Shown one piece after another: positions 1 through 11,820 of a DNA stretch of 64,000 bases. The stretch is taken from contig NW_026782299.1 of the NCBI RefSeq assembly GCF_031769215.1, forward strand, positions 1,798,001-1,862,000, given 5' to 3'. This stretch comes from Ylistrum balloti (Eukaryota). The translations under genes and the position numbers were made by a program. Within the stretch, counting starts at the first letter, position 1. Each line of letters begins with the position of its first letter. The notes beneath the pieces were generated by a model that saw only the letters and a list, made by a program, of their open reading frames with translations, made no database searches and was not told the DNA's origin.

Positions 1-1251
1 GGAGAAACACAGCCAACCAACAAAATTGAAAGTTTCAATACTAGAATTTGTCTTTTCTTCTTTTCTCTTACAAACATGATGCCATACCTGATCCAATAAG
101 TCTAATGTGAATAAAGATACTTCAAACAATTATTAATAACTGACTTTTTTATAAGTTAATAAAGATTTGTTGTGCCTGCCACAACCTCATGAAATATCAC
201 ATGATTTCTGATTTGAAGAAGGCAAAACTCAAATGTTGGATATCTTCATATTGCATTTTAAAAGTTTAGAATAAAGTTACAAATATTGCCTTAGACATAC
301 TAATGCAACATTAACTCACTCCTGTCTAAATTTCTGCACAGCATCTGCTGAGAAGACAGCTCTAATGATAACCTCTCTGTCTGCAACGTCTCGCACCACA
401 CTGCCATCACCCAGTATCTCTATATCCTGCAAGAACAATCAATAATTATTTTGTGCTCAACTTCACATTTTCAATGACTACATTACAATTAAGTGTATAT
501 GGATAATAATCAGTTGTCGACTGACGCTTCGTTGTATATCTACATCAATAACCCCAACCAGAAAACTGCAGCAATCAAACCGATACCTTTTCACTTTATA
601 AAATACTCATAGACATATACATGTTTGTGTGCTTCAATCATAAAGTAATCATCTTGACCAGGTCTACCATTGATCATAACATGATACCAGTAAATAGATA
701 TGACCAAATAGGGGTATTTACTTACAATACAAAAGCAGTAAATTTTGAAAATAATTTGAATTCTTTTAAATATGCAAGTTATTCCTGGCATCACATCATT
801 TGGTTTTAGAATATGTCATCAAATACATACTTTATATGTTGTTTTTTTGAGTCCGGTGAAGAGTATTTGTCTAATCCTGGACAGGAAATCAATTTAACTT
901 GAAGTAGTTTTTTTCGTGTGTCGAGTCTGTTTTCTTTATTTTGGGAGCTTTTTTCGAATTCATATTTGCATTTAGCTCAAATAAATACTTTCTCAATCAC
1001 GAACGGAAACATTTTGGCATGTGTGCAAGATCTGGGTGAATATGAGAAAGACTTTGGCATTTAGTGGTACCGTTCGGACCCTTTCTAATCCCTTACCACC
1101 TTGTAACTAAAGTCGTGAGTATCGGGACACGTACTCTAATTACGTCAATGGTTTGACTTTTCTGTTTTCGTGTTGGACTGCAAATACAATTGACAATCCA
1201 TGGGTGTTGTTTTAAAGAACAGTTATGTGAACCAAATTTCGATCGAGACAT
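1..1251 (-). CDS. ACD: TPP1/ACD-like shelterin OB-fold protein, 5' part (runs off the window start)
   Basis: Exons 1251-1135 (ATG; MSRSKFGSHNCSLKQHPWIVNCICSPTRKQKSQTIDVIR, donor GTACGT, phase 0), 426-320 (acceptor TTGCAG; DIEILGDGSVVRDVADREVIIRAVFSADAVQKFRQ, donor GTGAGT, phase 2), 87-<1 (acceptor ATCAG; E-YGIMFVREKEEKTNSSIETFNFVGWLCFS, open to the edge). Motifs PWI, Q-x-I-D-V-I-R-D and V-A-D-x-x-x-I-R-A-V-F-S-x-D-A-V match recalled human TPP1 (LRPWI...GQLLEVLQD...LVSDGTHSVRCLVTREAL). Position head-to-head with Par-6 supports the call. Exon 3 is the least certain. Confidence 0.7.
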
Positions 1252-1471
1252 CTTGAATCCATCACAACTCTTTTTGGATCTTTCCCGCCATCTTGTGCAA
1301 ATAATACTCTTCAACAAATGTTTCGGGTTAAATGCATAATATTTCGAACGTATTTTCTTTTTCAGCAAGTCATCTATCTCTAATGAAAAATATTTTTAAC
1401 GAACCTTTAATTATTTGATTAGCCAGAGTTATATATATATTTCGAAATAGCAATGTTTCAAGGATAGTTCA

Positions 1472-1500
1472 CCAATAGGTTCTGACGTCACCGGAAAGCG
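1472..1500. promoter_or_regulatory. Core of a bidirectional promoter: CCAAT box, CRE and ETS-like site
   Basis: CCAAT 1472-1476, TGACGTCA 1483-1490 and CCGGAAAG 1491-1498 lie in the 323 nt between the divergent ATGs at 1251 (-) and 1575 (+). Confidence 0.55.
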
Positions 1501-1574
1501 CTTACTCAAACATAAAAAAATATTGTTGTTGGAATCTGCTTCAGAAATTGCCCTTTTGGGGCTTAAACTTCACT

Positions 1575-4500
1575 ATGTCGAGGACTGCACGGATGCCACA
1601 TAGGCAGCAGAACGGAATGGTGGAAGTGAAAAGCAAGGTATGACAGAACAATGCATATGAACTTAGTTGAATATACAGGTAACTCCGTTAAAGCTACACA
1701 AGGTGTGTCGTTGAGACCCACTTCCTGGGATCTATTTTTAGCTCACTTCCATTTGTTTACATTACTGATTAAACCATCAATTTACAATAAGTATTAATTG
1801 AAAACCATATTGTTTATATGATTGAATCGTTTCTTTTCTCACACAATTAGTAAGGCATATGGAGCAATTGTAATATAATGAATATCTGCTTCTGCGAAGT
1901 CGGCTCTAATGGCAATTTGTCGATAAAATCACAACCGATCGTCTGTGACATTAGATTTTCTATGTTAATTTGTTACTTGTTTAATCATTCTTTATTTGAA
2001 CGCTGAATATGAGGTTTAGATTGTTCCCAATTAAGGTATTTTTTTCGGTTTGTTCCACATGAGTACCCACAAAGTGCAAGCTAAGTATGTATATTCAGGA
2101 TCACACCTGTTACATTTTCGGTCAATCACCACAGCAAACTGTCAGGTTAACTGCTTGTCACGTAAGCCTTTACTGCTAAATTCCAATACATGAGTCATGA
2201 TGTAGGCGAATATATTTTGTATTCTAGAGTCAAGATCACTATATCTTAATTATCTTATAGTTAAAAAGTATATCGGAAAGCCCACCCTTGAATCTGATGT
2301 ATCAACCATTGGGTTTATTGTAAGACAACTGTACCTGTATATTAGTAATCAACATTTAACCAATAAGGAATGTTTAAGGAAATGAATTGAAGTTTATATG
2401 AAAAATTATTAATTCTGAATCTCTTTCCCAATGCAAAATGTTATCTTTTTCCTAAAATGTTGTTCACTTTTCTCGCAATACTATAGTGACTGGTGATTTG
2501 AAGGCATATCATTTGAGATGAAACTGTTGCCATTTTGCTACACTCAATTTCTCGCGTTTGAAATATTCTGAGAGTATCTTCAACAAATCAATCATATTGT
2601 AACTTTGATTCTTCTAGTTTGATGCAGAGTTCCGAAGGTTTGCGATTGACAATTCCAAGAAGTGTGAGTTTACCCAATTTGAGGCAACCCTTGGTAAAAT
2701 CCACAGCCTTCAGGACATTCCCTTTGTTGTAACGTACACTGACAGCAATGGAGATCTTCTTCCAATCAACAATGATGACAACTTTTACAGGGCTGTGACT
2801 ATGGCCAAACCCCTTCTGCGAGTCATGATTCAGCGCAAAGGTAAACATTTCTTCTTCATTATAGCAGTCACAGAGGGAAGCTATTTTGTAAGTCATGGTT
2901 TAGGTGAAGGAGGTGAATGCATGTTTACTGCATCAGATATGAAAATTTTCAGGAAACATTAGTTCATAGATAAGAGAGATTAAGCAATCATATGTGTGCG
3001 AGTGGGCTTCAGGTACATGTATATGTTAGCTTTATTTGTTAAATAATACATGTATGCTATGCACCAGTTGGCTATTGTCATATTATCTTGACAAACAAAA
3101 TGACTATTTTTATACAATTTATGTCCACAGTAATTATAGTATATTAGACAAGCCTCCCTGTCCCCTTTAAATTAAAGTTACAGTATACTATACAAGCCCA
3201 TCACTGATATAGGTACCTGTATTTGTTTACAGCTTTAAGCATCTGATTTTAACACTCAATTTCTCTTTATGGTCATATTGAACTAGGAAAAACATAATTT
3301 TGTATATATATTATGTTGGGAAATATAGGTGCGAAAATACATCATTTACAGAAAATTTTATTGAGAAAATTAATCACACAAATACACTTGTCTTCAAGTT
3401 TGTACTTACTAGTAATCTCATGCCATATATGTGTAGCAGATGCATTACAACATAAATCAATGTCATATGCACAAAATTCTTCAGATTCCCCTTCAGGTGC
3501 TGTTATGTACACATAAACTTAAGGTTGTTTAACCTCACTATTATTGATTATGACTTGGAGTATTTTCTTTCCGAAAAAGTCTGAGCAAGTGTGATAGTCA
3601 GCCATTTACCCTGGTTAGTAGAGCTGTTATCATATCAGCATCATGATATATTGTCTGATTGAAGAAGGAAGACAACAATATTTTAGAAAATTATAGGTTT
3701 GTGATTTCACCACCCACAAAAATAAAAAAGAAGCAGTTTTATTTTGAGGTAAAATCATGTATATTTCAGATAAATTAAGCACAAGGGCTGAATAAAAATA
3801 CCTGTAAATTGATTCCTATCAATGACAACTCGCTGTCAAAATATTTGGTATATTTGAATTATTTCAGACACAAATTTTTATCATAATTCAGAATTGACAG
3901 GGGTCGGTATAGGGAAGCTTTAAATATTATAATCAAAAGAATGCCATTCCATAAATTGCTCTTTTAATTTGTTCAATTTTATGAGGTGATTTGTTTTGAG
4001 AAGGATTAGTTTGGGGAAAGTTCAACGCATTGCATCTCTGTAAAAGTTGAACTGTAGCTCAATTTCTGATACCTGGTACAGTAGGTCTAAAAAAAACAGG
4101 AGTTTAAGTATCTATTGCATACCTAATATCATACTGCAAGTGCAGATTTTCACTTTTGCAAACTTACATATTTTCTTAATGTTATTTTGCTTTGCAGGAG
4201 AAAGTTATGGTGAAGCCAATGGTTATGGAACATTAGGTGTGAAACGGCGCAATCCAATCAGCAAGCTGATGAGTGCTGAGGCTCCCCCCAAGCCTCGTAT
4301 CAATATCAGCATGCCTGAAGACTTCCGAAGGGTGTCTGCAATCATTGATGTTGATGTTGTTCCAGAAACTCATCGGCGTGTCAAGCTTATGAAGAATGGC
4401 TCAGACAAGCCTCTGGGATTTTATATCCGTGACGGCACAAGTATGCGTGTTACACCTCATGGACTAGAGAAAGTGCCTGGCATATTTATATCAAGACTTG

Positions 4501-4934
4501 TGCCTGGTGGGCTGGCAGAAAGTACAGGTCTTTTGGCTGTGAACGATGAGGTGCTGGAAGTAAATGGTATTGAGGTTGCGGGGAAGACCCTTGACCAAGT
4601 TACAGACATGATGGTGGCTAATAGCTCCAACCTCATCATCACAGTTAAGCCAGTCAACCAGCGCATGACCCTTGCACCAATGCGCGGGTCATCAGTCCGT
4701 ACCTCTCAAATGTCCATGAATTCGCAAAAGTCACAAAGTTCGCACCATTCCTCCAAGTCATTTGACAGTGACATTCCATTGATCCATGAGCAAGAGGATG
4801 AAGATGATGAGGTTGAAGATCATCTGAATCACCAAAGTGACCATTTTGGCAGAGAAAGTGACCACAACCTCAGTCATCACAGCAATGCCAGCCTTGATAC
4901 AGAGAGTAAAGATAGCGCTGTTGTCACCTTATAG
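1575..4934 (+). CDS. PARD6: Partitioning defective 6 (Par-6) polarity protein, 340 aa
   Basis: Exons 1575-1637, 2618-2840, 4198-4934; GT-AG introns in phases 0 and 1; total 1023 nt. PB1 domain ([14 protein letters not shown]...[17 protein letters not shown]), semi-CRIB ([17 protein letters not shown]), PDZ ([10 protein letters not shown]...[30 protein letters not shown]) and C-terminal VVTL PDZ-binding motif. Confidence 0.97.
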
Positions 4935-7900
4935 GACAATGTTTGATAATGCAAATTGTATCTGATCATATACAAAATGTTTTATATGTAAAATTAGCTT
5001 TGTACTCAGCAATGTAATTAATCTGCAGTGTCTTGGTTTAATCATGTTGTAGTTAGATTTTACTGCTCTCTTAGGCTTTTTAAGTTCATTTGACATTGTG
5101 GCACTACAAGACCTATTTTTAGTCCCAATTTCGGTAAAAGAAGTCTTCTTTTGATTCTTTTAGAACTATGATCTGTTTTAAGTAATATGCGATGTGTATA
5201 CAAACATGTAGGCATTTTAATTAACTGTAAAGAATGCAACGCAATTTCTCTGGCACAGTAGATTTACTGTAGCAGCTTTCTTTGAGGAATTGGTCATGTG
5301 GACCGCTTCCCCACCTAATTTTACAATTATGTAGATATTCTATTCGCCTGGAGGTGTGGGGTACATTTGATAGCACATATTGTCTTGTCATGACTAAAGA
5401 TAAGGGAAACACATATTTTATTGTATAACACGTTTTACTGGAAAAGGTGATGTTTTTGAAAATTGTTTGCTTTTTCTGCGATAGGTGCTGTGGTTAGAGA
5501 ATTTGTTATAAGCACTTGTGTCAGACCATAATACTATGGTGGATATTTGTGGAATATAAATTAAGAAGTTTTTTTCAGGATTAAAAAAAACAGAAGTAAT
5601 ATTTTGGCAATGGCTTCTATTAGTGACGTAATGTTATTTGTGCCCAAATTCTGCCTAGGAGTATATATTAAGAGCATTATGTATACGTTTACAGGTGACA
5701 TATTTTAATTTATGCCAGCATGTATGTTTTATACCAATCATGTAAATAATTATTAGCAGTGGCCATGCAAGGCTCTGGAAATCTGGCATGATTTGACAGA
5801 CACAAACATCTGATAATTTTAATTTCTGAGTGAAAATTAGGTTAAATTTTAAATTTATCTGGATTTGCCAATCACAGTTTCTGACACTCAGATCAGGTAC
5901 AAAAGAATATTGAAGTCTTGAAATATTGTAATTAAAATTTGGTGATGAAACATCTGACATATTAAAATTGCTAGTTGCGGTAGTTATCCACATTAGCCTT
6001 GAATTAGCATTTGATTTACAGATAGAAGAATATCAGAGCAATCAATTTGGCCATAAAAGCAAACATGGTATTCCAGTTTCTTATGTGTCTTTCCCTGGAT
6101 AGTGTACTCGAGATGGTGGAGAATTATCATCTTCTAGTTGTCTATCTGGAACCATTCAGTCTTTGATTGAGTGAAAAGATTTTATTAAAAAATAATAGAG
6201 ATCTAGTATTGCTATAATAAATTATGGAAACTTCAAATATTAATTGTAACATATCTTTTTGATGAGAATAGAGGGTAAGTCATACAATTTAATGTGAAAT
6301 GTTATATATAGAATTAATGTTTTATCAATAGGTGGCCTCTTAAGTTAAGTGGAGTTATTCCCCTTGAAAATTCACACTGACCTCTTACCACTGTGACAAA
6401 TCATTTGTGTGATGCGTAAATCACTAATGAAATTGCTTAATTATATTTACATATTCATATCCAATATACACAACTATGTATTCATTGTAAAAAAACTATA
6501 CACTTTCTAGCTAACATTATTCCGTTCTCTATACATTCCTGGTGGTATTGTACACTGTTTTTTTTTTCCATTTTCACATTGATTTTAATAGTTTCATAGA
6601 TTTGGATATTGTTGGACAGTCCTTTCCTTGACAAAAATAAATGTGTCCAAAATTTTGTTCAGATATGCTTGCTGTGGTGGTTGCAATTTTCTCATAAATT
6701 GTAACTTGATTTTGCCCAGTTTCTACCTTCAGCTTAGATACATGCAAAGGGGCACAATTGGATCTGTGAATGAAGTAGGGATGAAGTTACAGTATACATA
6801 CAACGTTGTGAAAGTTTCGCTTTATAAGTTAATATGTATTATACATGTATTATTATTTTAATAAGTTGTGTCATGGAATGAAAGAGCTGAAATGATTATA
6901 ACAACAGATAAGGTATATCGTGATGTTGTGTTTTTTTACATATCTGTAACATAGTATGGTAGATGCAGAAAATACCTTAAGAGATCATTATGGCTTTAGG
7001 AGAGCCATTCTGCTCTGATGATGCACATGCTTGGATTTAGCATATTGTGTTTGCAACCATAGATCTTTACCTTAGGAAAGTAATCAACAGTTGAGACAAG
7101 AGAGACGGGCCACTTCAAAAATATTTCAGTCTACAGCCACTGTTTTATTAATTATCAGCATTATCTTTTGTTTTATATGTTAATTGATTTTAATGTAGGA
7201 CTTAGATTATATCAATTGTATTCCTGTTGTTCTTCCTCTTTAAGAGGTTTTCTTTATTAATTTATTCTATCTTCCTGATTTAAGATAATTGAAAAATTCA
7301 GTTTGTAAGGGGTATTTCTCCCTTCTAATCCCCAATTCTAAGTATGGTACTACATGTAGATTATTATAGTATATTGTAGATTATTTCTCCATTTTCCATG
7401 GAAAATATTTACATGTTGACTCAGATTGGTACATTTCCTTAAAATTATAATAAGCATCATATTGCATCTGACTCAAAATCACAGGATTTGCTAATTACAG
7501 ACCATTGAAATAATACTTGTTTGTTTAAAGTCACCTAACTGCAGTAAATATGAATGGGTATATTACCAGGCATGGACTTACTTTTGGAAAATAGTAGATT
7601 ATAGATTGTTGAGTACATGTAACTTTATGATGCCACTTGTACACAATCTACTTCTAAATGCTGCAAACACTGAGTGATATCTTAAAAAGAGTGTGTACAA
7701 AGAGTTCATTTGATACTCAATGTAAATCTAGAATAAACTGTATAATTTTAGGTATGACAAACTATGCAAGTGCACATGGAAAACATACAAAATTTGTATT
7801 TATTTTACTATGGCAAAATGATGTATTTTACAAAGAAGACTGATTTAATTGAATACAGGGTAATGCTTGGTTGATATTGGTCAGTTTATATAATCTTTAT

Positions 7901-10654
7901 CAAATATGGTAACTTGTTTTGATTAGGACATTGCATTCTTTCATTCATTGGATTATGACAACTACTACTGTGTTCTCCAATGACAAGACAATGTACATAT
8001 AGTTTTAAGTAATGTTATTCAGTGTAAGGAAGGCAGGATACTTTTGGATTGCATCGCAGAAATTCTTTGGCATGTAAACAATTTCATTACTTAAAGAATC
8101 ATAACACTCTTTTAGTCAACGTTGAAATAAAGTGAGAGGAAAGCTGGACTTTGTAACGCTTGAACGATATGAAGTTATCTAACAGGACTTAATATTATTG
8201 CAGTTATGAAGTTCTTATTTTTATACAGATTTTTAAAGAGATGAACGTATGTGCTGGAATATTCATGTACCGTGCATTTTGGATTTTATTGTTATGAAAT
8301 AAGGGCATCGACTGTTTTTATGTGACTAATTTATAGGTTGTGATTTTATATATATGTAAATATGTCCATGCGATAAAGGACTTGGGAGCACCACCTCCCG
8401 GTAAACTAATTGTACACTTGTATATATATATATACATTCTGTGGAAATATAGTTAATTGCAGCATACACCTTGAAAGAAGTTTTTATTTACTTGGTAAAT
8501 TTGACATTCGTGGATAGTTAGTGGTCCTCAGCTATTACATATAGGGCTTGTTCATACATCTTTGTCTATAGTGATGGTAGATGATATCCAAAATTGAGGA
8601 TTTTTTTTATCAACATTTATCAGGGTGCCTAAAATCTTGTGTGTTCATCAAAATACCTATGTATACATACTATTAAATCCCATGATAAAGACCTTGTTTG
8701 AAGCTATCTGGTACAGGTAATGTGATTAAAAGATTGCTATTTAATTTTTGCTTCAATCACAGAATGTAAGGTATACAATTTTGTATATCTGTCAGTTAAT
8801 AGTATTTAAGAATGTCATAAAAAAAATCAAGCAGTCCTTTCGGATTGAATGTTCTGTGGTGTTTTTATCAGTTCTTTGTACATTTTCATGTCTAAAAATA
8901 GCATCAATAATCGGTACAAATTGTCAGTTTTTCTTTCATTTTTTTTTTAATCATAATAGATCTTTACTGTACATAGAATGGACCATTACCAATACATATA
9001 CATTTACATGTATATACATTTTATATATATACATCAAGGAATCATTTCATTTCTTTACATATTAAATGTACTTAAATCATTCAAATTAAAGTAAGAAATT
9101 CAGATGAATATTAGAATTAATATATGTACATTAAATCAGTTATCCATACTAATTGTTGAATCTTTAAATGTTTCTCTGTTAGTTTCTCAAGTAAATTTTT
9201 TTTGCTCTATCAATTTGAGATTGAGTTGGAAATCTGGCAGAAGTAGAAATGATGTTTTGCAACTAAGAGCTAATGCTGATATTATGATGTATTAAAAGTG
9301 ATGTTGCTATAGTATATGTTGTTTGGTCAAGTAACTTCATCTGCTTGCTTATTTTTGGTGTTCTCAAGTACAAAATGCTTCTTACAATGATTTGAAGATT
9401 TAGGTTTTTTAGCAGAAACTGCAGCTGTCTTTCCTAGATACACGCCTTTTAAGTTGGTCCCTTCTGTTTGTCTAAGTGATGTAAATACTCTCAGACATAC
9501 AGACAGAAACCTACACAGCTATGTTCATCTACACAACAGCTTACTTTATAACCATAATGGTTGTGTTTGTTCCATGATGAATACGAAAAAGAGTTTTGTT
9601 TTGTAGTCAATATTATCAGACTACATACAATTGAAATTGAATTTGTCGCAATGTAAATATTGTCTAACAGAGGTTACAGATTTACACCTCTGTATAGATG
9701 TGTGTACTCATACCGTCAATACAGACAAAGCATCTTTGAATTCAGCCATTTGTGCCTTTAATATTGTCCTGCCACTAAGCACCTTGACAATTATTCACTT
9801 TTATTTGTGGAATTTGTCAACATGATCTATTTTTCTACAGAAACGTTTTTATTTTGCTAATTGCAATCACGTCTTTGCTTCATAATGTCTGCCATTTATT
9901 TATGTTGGTCTTGCCATATTGAAAATGGTGTTGTAATTTTGAAAACAATGTTGAAAAAAAAGAAAAAAAAGAAAAAAAACAATCTTCTCACTATCCCTCT
10001 TTATATTTTTCAATGTTTGATTATAGGCACAAGTCTAATTTTGATGTCAAGTATGAAGAGAACAAGAGAACAGATTTAAGGCTTTACCCTTTATGTAATG
10101 AACAATGAAAAAAGTCTTGTTTTGGGAACAGTGTTTCATTTGGTAAGGTCAGATCAACTTTTATGATCTATCATTTATTATTGATGTTATAAAAAGTTTT
10201 TACAGTGATATATAATTATATATGCAATAAAACTAATATACTAAAACTCTCTTGGTTTTGTTTTTAATCTGTATTTATCTGGAAAGTAGTCTGCATTTAT
10301 CTGGAAAATTGAAAAGTTTTCTGAAAAGGGGAATAGTTTGGATAAATACCTAATTTTCACATAAATGATTCTGCATTTTAATCATTATTATAATGATTCA
10401 AAGGAAAGCAATTTACTTTGAAGCTTTATTAAAGTTGATGAACTTTTATAGTGTATAGCATCTTCTGTACAAAAGAATCTGTATTATCATCTGATAAAAG
10501 TTTTGATTCCAAGGATTTTGTATACCAGGTGGATAAACCATATTTAGAAATCAATAGACATGATGATGATATAGCCTGCTAGATAAATAGATTACTACTT
10601 GAAACCTGATGTGGGATCATGAGGACAATTCTTGGATATTAATCAGTTATTATG

Positions 10655-11360
10655 TTAGCCGAGACTTTGTCTCAGGGTGACCTATTGCGATCCCTTTTTG
10701 TGCAGCGTCATGTGCAATAAACTTTCATTATTTTTTACTTCTTCTGGAAAACTAAACTGATTTCAATGAAATCTTACAAAAACCTTCCATGTCTAAAGGC
10801 ACACCAAAAGTGTAAATTGTATTGTCCTGAACCCCAGAAGCTTGAGGGGTGGAGCCAAAAAGGGTCAAAATGATTGAAACTTGAAAAATCTTCTCAAATC
10901 CCAGGTATGGTAGAATCAAATACTCTCCATGGATAGAAAGGCCTTCAGATGCCCTGCCAAAATAAAAATTTCAGGACCCCATGGTCTCACATTTCCCCCA
11001 TGACAGTTTATATTTGAAAATTATATTTTTGAACATTATTTGTTTATTTTCTATTGGAAATGTTCAAACCTGTATAGGATTATAAGCATAAGCTGACTGT
11101 TTGATGAGATGCACGTATTGACCTTGACTAACCCCCAGGGGCTGTTGGGCAGGGCAAAAAATTGGTCAAATTGACTGAAATTTCAAAAATTCAGAAGCTT
11201 TAGCATAGGGCAGCAGTTAAGGTATACACAATTTACATTTGCTTTATGTGTACACTATAATTAAAAAGTTATGTTACGTTTCTTAAAATGATCAATGCAA
11301 TGTCATGTTACAAGAAGCATTGTGATTCAGGTGACTGTTAAGGCCCTTGAGCCTTTTGTT
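10655..11360. mobile_element. Non-autonomous Helentron/HINE (DINE-1-like) element
   Basis: Starts TTAGCCGAGAC after a T-rich tract and ends CAGGTGACTGTTAAGGCCCTTGAGCCTTTTGTT (terminal hairpin-like GGCCC..GAGCC). Contains internal duplicated GGGG..AAAA..GGTCAAA blocks. Resembles recalled bivalve HINE ends. Confidence 0.55.
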
Positions 11361-11820
11361 TATTTTTTTGGAGTTTGGTGAAAAGGTTAAAAAAATACTG
11401 TATTAGAAAGTGAACTGAACTATTGATAATGGTAAGACTGTGGTAATGTTTCATCAGTGTCATAGTAACATGTTTGTTAATAAAGTTTGGTGAAATCAAT
11501 TATTCAGGTAATATGCATAAACATCTGATTAAATATCACATTACTTATTGGTTTTATCTAATCAATGTCAATAGTGACATCCTACCATCATTACCACGTG
11601 CTTTTCGTCCTTTCCTTATTACAAATAGTGGTATGTCGCAATATTTACAGACAGACTCCGTGCCCCGATCAGTGGTTGTATATATATTTTGCACGCAAAC
11701 CGAAAGTAGGTTAAATAACTCAGGTTATCACTATGTAAATAAAGGGGAGTATATCAAGCGTCGGTCAAGCTTAGCTCGGATACTCAATGTATTGACAAAA
11801 CTGATTTACGATCGCGAGTG

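Noticed and set aside
1093-1100. GTAAGG or GTGGTA as the donor of TPP1-like exon 1
   Set aside because: Both are phase 2 and lead to a stop in the next exon; the phase-0 donor at 1134 keeps the frame.
2588-2896. 102-aa minus-strand ORF, and the 69-aa ORF at 4457-4666
   Set aside because: Both are antisense shadows of Par-6 coding exons.
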